Virus record (IMG/VR): IMGVR_UViG_3300015265_000001
Location: 1-64,000 of that record
Reading direction: 5' to 3' (one strand)
DNA length: 64,000 nucleotides
Position numbers and translations under genes: made by a program. How positions within the stretch are numbered: position 1 is the first letter of the stretch; every line of letters begins with the position of its first letter. The notes beneath the pieces are model-generated. The model saw only the letters and a list, made by a program, of their open reading frames with translations. It was not told the origin of the DNA and did no database searches. Shown here in pieces: positions 63,507 to 64,000 of the stretch.

Positions 63507-64000
63507 GACGTGTCACTCCTGGAGACGGTGTAAATAATTTGGTTTAAGAGGGGTCATAGCATCCCTTTCGGGAGTGATTAACCGAAAGGTACTGACCCTC
63601 TAAAATCGTCTTAAACAACGATGTTTTTCAAACTGGTACCTTAGGGTATCCAGCATGGAGAAAGCTGCTAGGAAACGTTCCTAGGTGGGTTAAAATCGAT
63701 CTTGAGATGAACTCAGGGGTCAGTATAAACCCTCCCACAAAGTCTCCCATTTAAATCTCATCTCACCTATATATTCTATTTGAGATCGGCCGCGGCGGCC
63801 GGGGGGCAAAGGGTATATTTTTGTTTTTCACAGTTCCTTCGGAAAACTTGTTAAGTTTTTATTTTGTCAATTGGCTAATTTCAAAGGAAATTCTTTTCCC
63901 TTCATTATTCGCGTACACGTGCGCGCACGCGCTCCGTGCGCTAAAGAACCTATTAATATATTTATATATTAATATTCTTTATTGCTTTTAAAGCTTTTAA
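63507..64000. other. Long non-coding region with a multi-hairpin element and an origin-like GC/AT segment
   Basis: No ORF of 60 aa or more; several inverted repeats; direct repeat TAAAATCG; an alternating purine-pyrimidine tract next to an AT-only palindrome. Confidence 0.6.

Noticed and set aside
1-64000. CRISPR array, tRNA or rRNA genes
   Set aside because: I saw no regularly spaced direct repeats and no cloverleaf or T-loop signatures in the short intergenic spaces; tRNAscan was not run.
1-64000. Chimallin or PhuZ (phage nucleus) genes
   Set aside because: I did not recognise them in this window, so a nucleus-forming lifestyle is only inferred from family membership.

Overview
This window is part of a phiKZ-related jumbo myovirus genome (Chimalliviridae-like). 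Gene order and intein content are closest to the Pseudomonas phage EL/OBP branch, and the host is probably Pseudomonas; both are inferences from recalled family knowledge, not from a search. Conserved core, left to right: SF2 helicase with an intein, virion proteins, an RNase H-like gene, UvsX, three virion RNA polymerase subunits (phiKZ gp149-, gp180- and gp178-like), a 2668-aa tail-associated muralytic protein (gp181-like), a modular endolysin, the prohead protease (gp175-like), tail tube and sheath, gp28/27/26-like structural proteins, and the large terminase with an intein. Two accessory islands interrupt the core. The first (~39.4-47.2 kb) has early promoters CCTATATTACT, a Nudix hydrolase, a PP-loop/QueC-like protein, thymidylate kinase and a secreted protein. 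The second (~59.4-61.2 kb) has a PL7 alginate lyase, a candidate anti-defence protein and a P-loop-less TMK-like protein. The window ends in a ~490-bp non-coding region with a multi-hairpin element and an origin-like GC/AT segment. Most notable observations: two class-3 (WCT) inteins, one starting with Tyr; several nucleotide-binding folds that appear catalytically eroded; an early promoter embedded in a long G-U-containing hairpin; a family of long intergenic hairpins with a shared TTAT(G/A)GC tail; and the structured non-coding element at ~63.6 kb. I saw no tRNA, rRNA or CRISPR array. All homolog names come from motif and synteny recognition only.
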